Under the pieces are notes generated by a model that did not search any database, was not told the origin of the DNA, and saw only the letters and a list, made by a program, of their open reading frames with translations. The position numbers and the translations under genes are program-made. A stretch of DNA of 64,000 nt, taken from positions 14,750 to 78,749 of the forward strand of contig JBMSKF010000003.1 in the NCBI GenBank assembly GCA_049419605.1, given 5' to 3'. Source of the DNA: Bacilli bacterium (GTDB taxonomy: Bacteria > Bacillota_I > Bacilli_A > RFN20 > CAG-826). Shown one piece after another: positions 28,997 through 39,028 of this stretch. How positions within the stretch are numbered: the first letter of the stretch is position 1; the number at the start of each line of letters is the position of its first letter.

Positions 28997-30756
28997 ACAC
29001 GATCATTGAATTAAAAATTAAAAACTTACCAGAAAAACCAGGCATTTATTTGATGAAAAATGCTGAGGGAAAAATTATTTATGTTGGCAAAGCAAAAGAT
29101 CTTAGTAAGCGAGTCAGCCAATATTTTTTAAGACCGCAAACGGGAAAGGTACAAGCGATGGTGATGCATATCACTGATTTTGAAACCATCATTACCCAAA
29201 CAGAAAAAGAAGCATTGATTTTAGAAATGAATTTGATTCATGAGCATTATCCTCGTTATAACATCATGCTTAAAGAAGGCTCTCATTATCCTTATATTTC
29301 TCTGCGAAAAGGCAATGATCCGTATTTGAAAATCATGCGTCAAAATACCGATAAACATTATTGGCATTTTGGACCATACCCGAACTCTAGATCTGCTTAT
29401 CGAATGGTTAATTTACTTAATAAAATCTTTCCTCTAAGAAAGTGTAATGTATTACCGAAAGTGGCATGTTTGTATCATCACATTGGGCAATGTTTGGCCC
29501 CTTGTATTCATGAGATTCCTGAGGAAACCTATAATGCTTTAGCAGACGAAATTAGTGAGTTTTTAAAAGGGAATGTAAAAAAACAAATTTCAATTTATCA
29601 ACAAAAAATGATCGACGCTTCGGATGCTTTAAATTTTGAATTAGCTCAAGAATACAAAGTCATTATCGAAGATATAAAGCATGTCACTGCCCAACAATTG
29701 GTAGAAATGGAAGATAAGTTAGATCGAGACATTTTTGCTTTTGCTGAACGAGAAGGTTATTTGTCTTTAGCCGTCTTTGTCTTTAGACAAGGAATTTTAT
29801 TAGGGAAAGCAAGTTATGTCGTTGAAGCCTTTGATGATCGAGATGAGCAATTATTAAATTTAATCGCACAATATTATCTAAAAAAACCAAAACCTCAGGA
29901 GCTTGTCTTAAATCATCGAGCATTGCTTGAAAAGTTGCAAAGCACCATGGATCTTAAATTCGTGTTTGCAGAAAAAGGTAAATTGTTTGAATTGATGAAA
30001 AGCGTTCAAGAAAACGCAATTCAAACTTTAGATGATCATTTTCTTACAGCTAGATTAGACGATGATAAATTAACTTTATTAGACAATCTTGGTCAAGCCC
30101 TTGGCATCCCAACGCCTTATCATATCGAAATGTTTGATAATTCTCATTTACAAGGGAGTGATGCAGTTGGAGCGATGGTGACGTTTATCAATGGTGAGCC
30201 TGTTAAGAAAATGTACCGACAATTTCATTTACCTGAAACACTCAAACAAGATGATCCAGGCGCGATGGCCTATTTGATTCATCGTCGATATCAACGATTG
30301 CTTGAGGAGAAAGCAAATTTGCCTCAATTGATTGTGGTCGATGGCGGACAATCCCAACTCAATGCAGGCATAAAATCTCTACAAACTTTAGGTCTTAATA
30401 TTCCTATTGTCGGATTATTTAAGAATGAACGCCACCAAACGAAAGGTTTGCTCACCAAAGATGGTGAGGTATTGGATTTCACAAAACAACCCAATCTTTT
30501 TTTCTTTTTAATTCGGTTACAAGATGAAGTTCATCGCTTCGCACTGCAGTTTCATCAACGGTTGCGAAAAATCAAAGCTACCCAATCTATCTTCGATGAT
30601 ATCCCAGGCTTAGGGCCAACCAGAATTGCATTATTACAAAAACGCTACCCAAGTCTCGATTTATTAAAACAAGCTTCATTTGAGGAACTTTGTCAGTTTT
30701 TACCCCATGCAGTTGCCCTTTTACTACAAGAAAAACTTGCAAAATTGGCGACTTAG
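28993..30756 (+). CDS. uvrC: excinuclease ABC subunit C
   Basis: 587 aa. GIY-YIG N-terminus (GIYLMKNAEGKIIYVGKAKDL), UVR and HhH regions. ATGA overlap with mutS2. Confidence 0.95.
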   Translation: MNTIIELKIKNLPEKPGIYLMKNAEGKIIYVGKAKDLSKRVSQYFLRPQTGKVQAMVMHITDFETIITQTEKEALILEMNLIHEHYPRYNIMLKEGSHYPYISLRKGNDPYLKIMRQNTDKHYWHFGPYPNSRSAYRMVNLLNKIFPLRKCNVLPKVACLYHHIGQCLAPCIHEIPEETYNALADEISEFLKGNVKKQISIYQQKMIDASDALNFELAQEYKVIIEDIKHVTAQQLVEMEDKLDRDIFAFAEREGYLSLAVFVFRQGILLGKASYVVEAFDDRDEQLLNLIAQYYLKKPKPQELVLNHRALLEKLQSTMDLKFVFAEKGKLFELMKSVQENAIQTLDDHFLTARLDDDKLTLLDNLGQALGIPTPYHIEMFDNSHLQGSDAVGAMVTFINGEPVKKMYRQFHLPETLKQDDPGAMAYLIHRRYQRLLEEKANLPQLIVVDGGQSQLNAGIKSLQTLGLNIPIVGLFKNERHQTKGLLTKDGEVLDFTKQPNLFFFLIRLQDEVHRFALQFHQRLRKIKATQSIFDDIPGLGPTRIALLQKRYPSLDLLKQASFEELCQFLPHAVALLLQEKLAKLAT

Positions 30757-30786
30757 GAATAAAAATTATGCTATATTATGAATGCT

Positions 30787-30863
30787 GTCCCCATAGCTCA
30801 GCTGGATAGAGCAACAGCCTTCTAAGCTGTAGGTCAAACGTTCGAATCGTTTTGGGGACGCCA
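30787..30863 (+). tRNA. tRNA-Arg (anticodon UCU), CCA encoded
   Basis: Cloverleaf folded by hand: acceptor GTCCCCA/TGGGGAC, D stem GCTC/GAGC, anticodon stem ACAGC/GCTGT with loop CUUCUAA, T stem AAACG/CGTTT with loop TTCGAAT. Confidence 0.93.
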
Positions 30864-30866
30864 ATG

Positions 30867-30891
30867 AAAAGACCCTGTTTCAGGGTCTTTT
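30867..30891 (+). terminator. hairpin after tRNA-Arg (possible terminator)
   Basis: AAAAGACCCTG-ttt-CAGGGTCTTTT, an 11-bp stem. The T-tract is short and lies mostly inside the stem. Confidence 0.55.
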
Positions 30892-30902
30892 CATAGGTGA
30901 GT

Positions 30903-31787
30903 ATGGAAGAAATTAATTTTCAAACGTTATACGATTTACAAGATTATGAAACATTGGTGAAGCGAACCGCTGCCCTAAAAGATTTAAATATGATTCGCTA
31001 TCATATTATTGGTTTATTGGGCATGGGTGCGAATCAAATGGTATTAAAAATTATGCTTTTAAAAATGCCATTAATTCAAAAAGCCTTACCTATTTTTCTC
31101 AAAATTCATTATGAAATTCTGAAATCTCATCGCCAATTTCCTGAACATGGTTTACTTTTGGAACGGTATCAAAACTTACCTTATATCAATCAAGAAGTAG
31201 AGGATTTAGTTAGTCAGATACGAATCCTTTTTCAAAAGCCACCCCATGCACAACTCAAAGAAGTAACGCAGTTGTTTTTAGATGCTTTTGAAAAAAAAGA
31301 TGTTGAAATGTTGATGGATCTGATTCCTCAGCTTAAACCAATTCATTTGTGGTCACTGAAACAAACCATCAAAGATCTATTAACTAAATCTTTTCCTCAA
31401 AGAATTAAAGGGATGTTAGTCTTAGCATTGATTGATGCCCGTTATGATGAAGTAATTAGTATTTCTAAAGGTGAAAAAATTTTAAGTTTCAACCCGATTG
31501 ACACTGTCAATCCTTTTAAAGATGGTACCTTTGAAGGTTATCAAACTGAAATCGATAAACTCGTTAAGGATCCTTCAATTCGTCAGATTGCATATTCCTT
31601 ATTAAGCACTTACATGCTTACGATGGTTCCATTTGAAATTGATCCAGAATATTACTTTTTTAGAGCCTTAACCAACATTGCCTATCAATATTTGAAACTA
31701 AAGGTACCCGAAATCGATGAAGAAAGTACAGAAAAAGAACTAATCGACAGAAAACGTAAACATATTGAAACCATGATTAAGATGTAA
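30903..31787 (+). CDS. hypothetical all-helical protein (about 294 aa)
   Basis: No motif I recognise, predicted helical. ATG 30903 preceded by AGGTGA. Lies immediately upstream of tig-lon. Confidence 0.6.
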   Translation: MEEINFQTLYDLQDYETLVKRTAALKDLNMIRYHIIGLLGMGANQMVLKIMLLKMPLIQKALPIFLKIHYEILKSHRQFPEHGLLLERYQNLPYINQEVEDLVSQIRILFQKPPHAQLKEVTQLFLDAFEKKDVEMLMDLIPQLKPIHLWSLKQTIKDLLTKSFPQRIKGMLVLALIDARYDEVISISKGEKILSFNPIDTVNPFKDGTFEGYQTEIDKLVKDPSIRQIAYSLLSTYMLTMVPFEIDPEYYFFRALTNIAYQYLKLKVPEIDEESTEKELIDRKRKHIETMIKM

Positions 31788-31847
31788 TGATTGCCTTGCC
31801 CTAGGGTGGTTATTGTATAATTGAAAAGTTAAAAGAAAGAGGCACTT

Positions 31848-33122
31848 ATGCAACATCAAGTTAAACCGTTAGAAAATTCTCGCGTTGAAATTACCATGAC
31901 CTTCACGACTGAAGAATGGAAAGTCGCACAAAATCAAGCTTTTAAAAAACTTGCCGCCGATGTCAAAGTCGATGGTTTTCGCCCAGGTAAAGCACCAGAG
32001 GCCATGATTAGAGCTCGTCTTTCACCTGGTAAAATTTATGATACCGCAATCAATGCTTTACTCCCGCAAGCATACTCGGATGTCCTCAAAGCCGATAAAT
32101 TAACCCCATTAAGCAGACCAGCTGTTGATGTAGTTAAAGTTTCTGACACTGAACTTGTATTAAAGGCAGTTGTCATTTTAGTGCCTGAAGTTAAAGTAAA
32201 GAAATATAAAGATTTAGGCATTAAACGCGAACCAATTAAAGTTACAGATGCGGATGTTGACGCTGAACTCAAATCTACCTTAGCTCAACAAGCAACCTTG
32301 ATGTTAAAAGATGGTCCAGCCGCAATGGGCGATTCTGTCGTCTTTGATTTTGAAGGTTTTGTGAATAATGTGGCGTTTGAAGGTGGTAAGGCAGAAAACT
32401 ACACATTAGAACTTGGCAGCGGCCAATTTATTCCTGGATTTGAAGAACAAATGGTAGGATTAAAAGCTGGCGATCAAAAAGATCTTAACGTTAAGTTTCC
32501 TGAAAATTATGCCGCTGAATTAGCTTCCAAAGATGCTGTGTTTAAAATTAAAGTCCATGAAGTGAAAAGCAAACAGCTTCCTGAATTAAACGAAGCCCTG
32601 TTTAACGAAATGAAATTACCTAATGTTAAAACTGAAGCCCAATTCCGTGACTATTTAAAACAAAAAGTGACGACGAATAAAACACGTGCAGGTGACGATC
32701 AATTTTACTCGGAAATTTTAATGAAGATTACCAAGGAAGCTGATATTGACTTACCTCACGAAGCCATTCATGAACAAATGGATGCGATGAAAGCTGATCT
32801 CGAAGAAAAGTTAAAACAACGTAATCAGACGATGGAACAATATTTAAAAGCGAATGATTTAACCGAAGCCAAACTCCATGATCGCATGCACCAACAAGCA
32901 GAAGATATTTTACGCGCAAGCTTAGTGGCAAATAAAATCGCTGAACTTGAAAACATCGAAGTCACGGATGAACTTGTCGACTTTGAAATTGCTAAAATTG
33001 CTGAACAATACAAGATGGAATTTGCAAAAGTAAAAGAGATCTTAACACCTAATATTTCAAGATTCCGTGCAGAAATTCGTGATCGATATATTAAAGAATT
33101 CCTCATTAAGCATAATTCATAA
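31848..33122 (+). CDS. tig: trigger factor
   Basis: 424 aa. Ribosome-binding signature GFRPGKAP and an FKBP-type PPIase middle domain. Confidence 0.95.
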   Translation: MQHQVKPLENSRVEITMTFTTEEWKVAQNQAFKKLAADVKVDGFRPGKAPEAMIRARLSPGKIYDTAINALLPQAYSDVLKADKLTPLSRPAVDVVKVSDTELVLKAVVILVPEVKVKKYKDLGIKREPIKVTDADVDAELKSTLAQQATLMLKDGPAAMGDSVVFDFEGFVNNVAFEGGKAENYTLELGSGQFIPGFEEQMVGLKAGDQKDLNVKFPENYAAELASKDAVFKIKVHEVKSKQLPELNEALFNEMKLPNVKTEAQFRDYLKQKVTTNKTRAGDDQFYSEILMKITKEADIDLPHEAIHEQMDAMKADLEEKLKQRNQTMEQYLKANDLTEAKLHDRMHQQAEDILRASLVANKIAELENIEVTDELVDFEIAKIAEQYKMEFAKVKEILTPNISRFRAEIRDRYIKEFLIKHNS

Positions 33123-33150
33123 CCTCGTTTTTATCACACTCTTTCCCTAT

Positions 33151-33177
33151 TTAGCACTTATGACTTGCAAGTGCTAA
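33151..33177. promoter_or_regulatory. CIRCE operator (HrcA site), perfect inverted repeat
   Basis: TTAGCACTT-N9-AAGTGCTAA versus consensus TTAGCACTC-N9-GAGTGCTAA. Overlaps the -35. Confidence 0.85.
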
Positions 33178-33192
33178 AATCCTTGCTATAAT
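33165..33192 (+). promoter_or_regulatory. sigma-A type promoter of lon
   Basis: TTGCAA (33165..33170), 16-nt spacer, TGcTATAAT (extended -10, TATAAT at 33187..33192). Confidence 0.65.
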
Positions 33193-33196
33193 GTTT

Positions 33197-33223
33197 TTAG
33201 CACTCAAAACAATTGTCTGCTAA
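33197..33223. promoter_or_regulatory. second, degenerate CIRCE element
   Basis: TTAGCACTC-N9-GTCTGCTAA. The left arm is perfect and the right arm has 2 mismatches. Lies just downstream of the -10. Confidence 0.6.
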
Positions 33224-33236
33224 AGAGAGGAATTTT

Positions 33237-35564
33237 ATGAAGAAAGAAACCTATCAATTACCCTTATTAATTACTCGTGGCATGGTGCTATTTCCCAACC
33301 AAGCCCAATCGATTGAAGCAGGAAGACCATTTTCAGTTGCCGCGATTGATGCAGCGAAAGTTGATGGCAATGATTTAATCTTAGTGACATCTCAAAAATC
33401 ACCTGAAATTGATGAACCCTCAACCAATGATGTCTTTATGGTGGGGACCATTTGCAGAATGTCTAATATTACGTCTTTAAAACGTTACACACGTTTAAAG
33501 GTATTACCGATTGCTCGAGTGTTAATTACGGAAATCAATAAAACGGGCGATACCTGGACCGCAAAAGCGGAAAAGCTTGAAGACGTAATTGGAGATCATA
33601 AAACAGAAGTCGCCTTGGTGCGTAACATCATTACTTCTCTAGAAGGAATGCAAGCCGTCACCAATCGCTTACCCAGAGAAGTCATTGGTCAATTATCCAA
33701 AGGTGTTGCGGCTGCAGATATTGCAGACATTTTGGCAAATTTATTGCCAATGCCGGTTGATCAAAAACAAAAGGTGTTGGAAACTCTTGAACTGAATGAA
33801 CGCTTAAAAATGGTTTTGGATGCGGTCAATGAAGAAAAAGAAATTGCCGATATTGATAAGCATCTTCAAGAAGAAGTAAGAAAATCTGCAGAGAAAAATC
33901 AACGAGAATATTTCTTAAGAGAAAAATTAAAGGCGATTAAGACTGAATTGGGAGAAAATCCCGAATCTTCTGACTCAGAAGAATCTTTATTGAAACGCTT
34001 AGAATCTGGACAATATCCAGAACATGTCAAAACCAAAGTAAGGGCAGAATTAAAGCGTGGAGAAATGATGCCCTCTAGTAGTTTAGAAGCATCTTTGATT
34101 AAATCTTATGTTGAATTAATGCTAGATTTACCATGGTGGCAACGAACGAGCGATAATGATGACTTAGAAAATGTTCAAAATATCCTTGATGCAGATCATT
34201 ATGGATTAGAAAAAGTTAAGAAACGGATAATTGAATATCTAGCGGTCAAAAAAATGACCGGAAGTTTAAAGGCTCCGATTCTTTGTTTCTATGGACCTCC
34301 TGGTGTTGGTAAAACCTCACTCGCACGTTCTATTGCTAGAGCCTTAGGTCGTAAATTTTTTAAAGCTTCCCTTGGTGGCATTAGTGATGAGGCAGAAATT
34401 CGCGGTCATCGTCGAACTTATGTAGGTTCAATGCCAGGACGGATCCTTAATGGTATGAAAAAATCTGGCGTTGTTAACCCAGTCTTTTTATTAGATGAAG
34501 TGGACAAGCTTGCCTCTTCTTATAAGGGCGATCCAGCTTCTGCCTTATTAGAAGTCCTAGACCCAGAACAAAACTTTGCCTTTAACGATAATTACATTGA
34601 AGAACCCTATGACCTTAGCAATGTCATGTTTATTGCAACGGCCAATTATCTAGAAGATATTCCTGCTCCTCTTCGTGATCGCTTGGAATTAATCGAAGTC
34701 AATTCCTATACGGAAGTTGAAAAGATTGAAATTGCTAATCGCCATTTAATTGAAAAACAATTATTAGCGAATGGATTAAAAAAAGAACAAATCTCTTTTA
34801 CGAAAGAAGCCCTCTCCGCGATTATTGAATTTTACACAAGAGAAGCGGGTGTTCGTGAATTAGAAAGAAGAATTGCCAGTATTTGCCGTAAAGCGGTTGT
34901 TGATTTATTAAAGGATAATAACCTTTCTTCAATTAAGGTAACCCCTGCAGTCGTAAGAAAATACTTGGGTGTTGAAATTTTTGATAATTCGAAAAAAGAA
35001 AAGTCCTCTCAAGTTGGGGTTGTCACTGGATTAGCTTATACACAATACGGTGGCGATATTCTGCCAATTGAAGTTAATCATTTCCCTGGATCTGGCCGAT
35101 TGGTCTTAACAGGAAAACTTGGTGACGTCATGAAAGAATCGGCAACGATTGCATTAGATTATATCCAAGCCAATGCCACTAAATACGGAATCGATTCGAA
35201 AATGTTTAAAGAAAGAGATATTCACATTCATATTCCAGAAGGCGCCGTTCCTAAAGATGGACCTTCAGCTGGGGTAACCATGAGCGTGGCCATCATCTCT
35301 GCATTAACCGGTCGTCAAGCTTCAAGTGAAGTCGCGATGACAGGAGAGGTGACCTTAAGAGGGAATGTCCTTGCGATTGGTGGATTAAGAGAAAAAACGA
35401 TTGCCGCACTGCGAAGTGGCATTAAGACAGTCTTGATTCCTGATGAAAATAAAAAGAATGTGGATGACTTGGCTAAAGAAGTAAAAGAAAATCTCAAAAT
35501 TATTTATGTCAAAAATGTTGATGAGGCGATCGAAGTTACCTTATCTGCATCGGTCAAGGCGTAA
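33237..35564 (+). CDS. lon: ATP-dependent Lon protease
   Basis: LON N-domain, Walker A GPPGVGKTS, catalytic KDGPSAG. Start trimmed to ATG 33237 (SD AGAGAGGA). The track's TTG 33213 lies inside CIRCE-2. Confidence 0.95.
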   Translation: MKKETYQLPLLITRGMVLFPNQAQSIEAGRPFSVAAIDAAKVDGNDLILVTSQKSPEIDEPSTNDVFMVGTICRMSNITSLKRYTRLKVLPIARVLITEINKTGDTWTAKAEKLEDVIGDHKTEVALVRNIITSLEGMQAVTNRLPREVIGQLSKGVAAADIADILANLLPMPVDQKQKVLETLELNERLKMVLDAVNEEKEIADIDKHLQEEVRKSAEKNQREYFLREKLKAIKTELGENPESSDSEESLLKRLESGQYPEHVKTKVRAELKRGEMMPSSSLEASLIKSYVELMLDLPWWQRTSDNDDLENVQNILDADHYGLEKVKKRIIEYLAVKKMTGSLKAPILCFYGPPGVGKTSLARSIARALGRKFFKASLGGISDEAEIRGHRRTYVGSMPGRILNGMKKSGVVNPVFLLDEVDKLASSYKGDPASALLEVLDPEQNFAFNDNYIEEPYDLSNVMFIATANYLEDIPAPLRDRLELIEVNSYTEVEKIEIANRHLIEKQLLANGLKKEQISFTKEALSAIIEFYTREAGVRELERRIASICRKAVVDLLKDNNLSSIKVTPAVVRKYLGVEIFDNSKKEKSSQVGVVTGLAYTQYGGDILPIEVNHFPGSGRLVLTGKLGDVMKESATIALDYIQANATKYGIDSKMFKERDIHIHIPEGAVPKDGPSAGVTMSVAIISALTGRQASSEVAMTGEVTLRGNVLAIGGLREKTIAALRSGIKTVLIPDENKKNVDDLAKEVKENLKIIYVKNVDEAIEVTLSASVKA

Positions 35565-36157
35565 TGGATTTCCAAAAAACTACTTTTATAAAAACGGTGG
35601 TGCGGGTTGAAGACCGCCCCCGTTTTACTTTACCTGAAATTATTTTAATTGGTCGATCCAATGTAGGAAAAAGCAGTCTAATCAACGCGCTTACTGGGCA
35701 AAAAAAATTAGCAAAAACCTCGGCGACGCCTGGCAAAACACGTCATCTCAACTATTATATGGTTGATCATCAATTATATTTAGTCGATGCGCCGGGTTTT
35801 GGTTATACCCAATATGGGAAACAAGAAATGGAACGTTTTGCTTCCTTGATGCAGCCTTATTTTGTGGAAGCTAAACCCAAACTTGGATTGTATTTGATGG
35901 ATAGTCGTCGGGAAGTTCTAGAATCGGATGTTTTGTTTATTCAAGAACTCAATCGTTTTATGAATGTTCTGATTGTCTTCACAAAGATCGATGTCTTAAA
36001 TCAAAAAGAACAAGCCGCATTGTTAAAGCAATTAAAAACATTGGGACTTGCCACGCAAGATTACGCCTTTGTTAGTCGAGATAATCCTCGCTTAATTCAT
36101 AAATTAAAAGAACAGATGCTCAGTTATCTTACAAGTTCCATCATAAAATCTGAATAA
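35564..36157 (+). CDS. engB: ribosome biogenesis GTPase EngB/YsxC
   Basis: 197 aa. GRSNVGKSSLINAL and DAPGFGY. Follows lon as in B. subtilis. TAATG overlap. Confidence 0.92.
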   Translation: MDFQKTTFIKTVVRVEDRPRFTLPEIILIGRSNVGKSSLINALTGQKKLAKTSATPGKTRHLNYYMVDHQLYLVDAPGFGYTQYGKQEMERFASLMQPYFVEAKPKLGLYLMDSRREVLESDVLFIQELNRFMNVLIVFTKIDVLNQKEQAALLKQLKTLGLATQDYAFVSRDNPRLIHKLKEQMLSYLTSSIIKSE

Positions 36158-36175
36158 TCTGTTGTATAATTTAAT

Positions 36176-36369
36176 TGATAAAAAGAGTACATCAACCTTT
36201 CTTTATATAGAAAGCCTGAACGGATGAAAGCAGGTTAAAGAAAATGATGGAAGTCGTTTATCATTCTTGCAACGATTCCTCGCGTTAAGAGGCTTGAGCG
36301 CATGCTTCATCGCATGAATTAAGGTGGTACCACGCATCATATGCGTCCTTATTGATAGGACGTTTTTTT
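36176..36369 (+). promoter_or_regulatory. T-box leader (Val specifier GUC) controlling valS
   Basis: -10 TATAAT at 36165..36170. Stem I base TGATAAA/TTTATCA with specifier-loop GAA-GUC-G (GTC at 36253..36255). T-box core AATTAAGGTGGTACCACGC at 36317..36335. Terminator CGTCCT/AGGACG at 36344..36362 plus a U-run. Confidence 0.88.
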
Positions 36370-36389
36370 ATTTCTAGGAGGAAAAAAAT

Positions 36390-38987
36390 ATGGAATTAGC
36401 AAAGCGATATAACCATCAAGAAGTTGAGGAAGGTAAGTATGACCATTGGTTAAAACTCCAATTATTTGGTCTACAACCCAATCGAAAAGAAAAATATACC
36501 ATCGTCATTCCTCCACCCAATGTCACTGGTAAGTTACATCTAGGGCACGCTTGGGATAATACGCTTCAAGATATCCTAATTCGTTTTCATCATAGTTTAG
36601 GTAAAGATGTCATTTACTTGCCAGGAATGGATCATGCAGGCATTGCCACCCAGGCCGTTGTGGAAAGTAAACTTAGAGAAAAAGGGATTTCTCGATACGA
36701 TTTAGGTAGAGAAAATTTCTTAAAAGAAATGTGGAAATGGAAAGATGAATACGCGTTAAATATTAGACGACAATGGGCTAAATTAGGTTTAGCATTAAAT
36801 TACGATTTAGAACGATTCACGCTAGATGAAGGGTTGTCTAATGCAGTGAAAGAAGTCTTCATTAAACTTTATCGTGAAGGTTTAATTTATCGTGGTGAAC
36901 GGATTATCAATTGGGACCCTGATCAACAAACAGCCCTAAGTAATGTTGAAGTCATTCATAAAGAGATTGAAGGAAACCTTTATTATTGCCGTTATCGATT
37001 ACAAGGTGGTTCTAAAACTTTAGTGGTTGCTACCACGCGTCCAGAAACGATGTTTGCCGATGTCGCGTTAGTCGTCAATCCAAAAGATGAGCGTTATCAG
37101 GATGTTATTGGTCAATACGCGATCAATCCAAGCAATGGGCAAAGTATTCCCATCATTGCCGATGATTATGTGGATACCTCCTTTGGTACAGGGGTGATGA
37201 AATGCACACCAGCTCATGATGTTAACGACTTTTCAATTTCTGAAAGGCATCATCTTGAACGACCGATATGTATTGAAAAAGATGGTTCGATTAATGAACG
37301 TGGTCACCAATTCAAGGGTTTAGATCGATTTGAAGCGAGACAAAAACTCGTTCAATATATGGATCAACAAGGTAATTTGGAGAAAATTGAACCCATTAAA
37401 CATGCAGTCGGTCACAGTGAACGGAGTGATGCCATTGTTGAACCTTATCTTTCTAAGCAATGGTTTGTGAAAATGAAACCTTTAGCAGAAAAGGTTCTTG
37501 CCCTTCAGGCAAGTGAAGATAAAATTCGATTTTTTCCAAATCGCTTTGAACAAACTTTACAACAATGGATGGAGAAAGTTGAAGATTGGTGTATTTCTCG
37601 GCAACTTTGGTGGGGTCATCAAATTCCGGCTTGGTACCATAAACAAACTGGCGAGGTTTATGTCGGTGTCGAAGCTCCTAAAAACATTGAAGAATATCAG
37701 CAAGATGAGGATGTTCTCGACACTTGGTTTTCTTCAGCATTATGGCCGTTCTCTACATTAGGCTGGCCAAGTTCCAATCAATTACTGAAGGATTATTTCC
37801 CCACCTCGACAATGGTGACAGGTTACGACATTATCTTCTTCTGGGTTGCTAGAATGGCCTTCCAATCGCTACATTTTTTAGGAAAGAAACCTTTTGAAGA
37901 TGTTTTAATTCATGGCATTATCCGCGACTCCCAAGGAAGAAAAATGTCTAAATCATTAGGCAATGGTGTTGATCCGATTAAAGTAATTGAGCAATACGGT
38001 ACGGATGCCTTAAGAATTTATTTGGCCACCAATTCGAGTCCGGGTCAAGACACTCGTTATATTGAAGAAAAAGTTGAATCCCAAGCTAATTATTTAAATA
38101 AAATTTGGAATTCTGCTCGTTTTATTTTAAGTTACCTACCAGACAACTTTACTCCTTCTCGGTTGCTAAAAGAACATTTAGATGGTTTACAAATTGGTAT
38201 TTTACAACGGCTTAATCATGTGATTGAGCAGGTAAAAGTTAATTTATTAAAGTATGAAATTGGCTTTGCCTCGACCATGATTTATAACTTTGTTTATGAT
38301 GATTTTTGTTCTTGGTATTTAGAATTTTCCAAGGTAACGTTAAATCGTGAAGATGCAAAGTCAAAGGATATGACATACAGTGTTCTTTATCATGTGCTAA
38401 AGTCCATTTTAATTATTCTTCATCCTTTCGCTCCTTTTATCACAGAAAGTATTTATCAACAATTACCCGGCCATTTAGATTCCATCTATATGGAACTTTA
38501 TCCCACCCCCTTAGTGTTAGGTCAAGATGACCCAAGTTTTACGATTGTTCAACAAATGATCAGTGATATTCGTACTTACAAAGTAGATCATCAATTACCC
38601 CCCAACGCCAAATTAAAACTTAGTATTGGAGTTGAAGATGAAAAGGTCTATCAAACCATTCTTCCATATCTTGAAAGATTTAGTTTTTCTTCTGTGCAAA
38701 AATTAGATTTAAATCAAACGAAGACGCCGACAATGACCAGCTATTTATATGCCAAAGGTTCGATGGTGATTGAGGAAGTGATTGATCCGCTTAAAATGAA
38801 ATTGCAACTTACTGAGACGCTTCAACATTTAGCATCTGAAATTCAACGCGCAAAACAAATGCTCTCTAATCCAAGATTTATTGAAAAAGCACCTCCTCAA
38901 AAAATCAAAGAAGAACAAGATAAGCTTGGACTATATCAACGTCAATATGAAGAAACGAAAGCAAAATTGGACGCATTAAAAGTCTAA
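36390..38987 (+). CDS. valS: valine--tRNA ligase
   Basis: 865 aa. PNVTGKLHLGH and KMSKSLGN. C-terminal coiled coil. Confidence 0.96.
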   Translation: MELAKRYNHQEVEEGKYDHWLKLQLFGLQPNRKEKYTIVIPPPNVTGKLHLGHAWDNTLQDILIRFHHSLGKDVIYLPGMDHAGIATQAVVESKLREKGISRYDLGRENFLKEMWKWKDEYALNIRRQWAKLGLALNYDLERFTLDEGLSNAVKEVFIKLYREGLIYRGERIINWDPDQQTALSNVEVIHKEIEGNLYYCRYRLQGGSKTLVVATTRPETMFADVALVVNPKDERYQDVIGQYAINPSNGQSIPIIADDYVDTSFGTGVMKCTPAHDVNDFSISERHHLERPICIEKDGSINERGHQFKGLDRFEARQKLVQYMDQQGNLEKIEPIKHAVGHSERSDAIVEPYLSKQWFVKMKPLAEKVLALQASEDKIRFFPNRFEQTLQQWMEKVEDWCISRQLWWGHQIPAWYHKQTGEVYVGVEAPKNIEEYQQDEDVLDTWFSSALWPFSTLGWPSSNQLLKDYFPTSTMVTGYDIIFFWVARMAFQSLHFLGKKPFEDVLIHGIIRDSQGRKMSKSLGNGVDPIKVIEQYGTDALRIYLATNSSPGQDTRYIEEKVESQANYLNKIWNSARFILSYLPDNFTPSRLLKEHLDGLQIGILQRLNHVIEQVKVNLLKYEIGFASTMIYNFVYDDFCSWYLEFSKVTLNREDAKSKDMTYSVLYHVLKSILIILHPFAPFITESIYQQLPGHLDSIYMELYPTPLVLGQDDPSFTIVQQMISDIRTYKVDHQLPPNAKLKLSIGVEDEKVYQTILPYLERFSFSSVQKLDLNQTKTPTMTSYLYAKGSMVIEEVIDPLKMKLQLTETLQHLASEIQRAKQMLSNPRFIEKAPPQKIKEEQDKLGLYQRQYEETKAKLDALKV

Positions 38988-39028
38988 AGTCTAAGAAATG
39001 CCTCTATTGAAAAATAGGAGGCAACCTT

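Noticed and set aside
30787-31787. tRNA-Arg as an integration hotspot with the downstream hypothetical gene as island cargo
   Set aside because: There is no integrase, no repeat of the tRNA 3' end downstream, and no visible compositional shift. The hypothetical gene is followed directly by tig-lon in a conserved arrangement.
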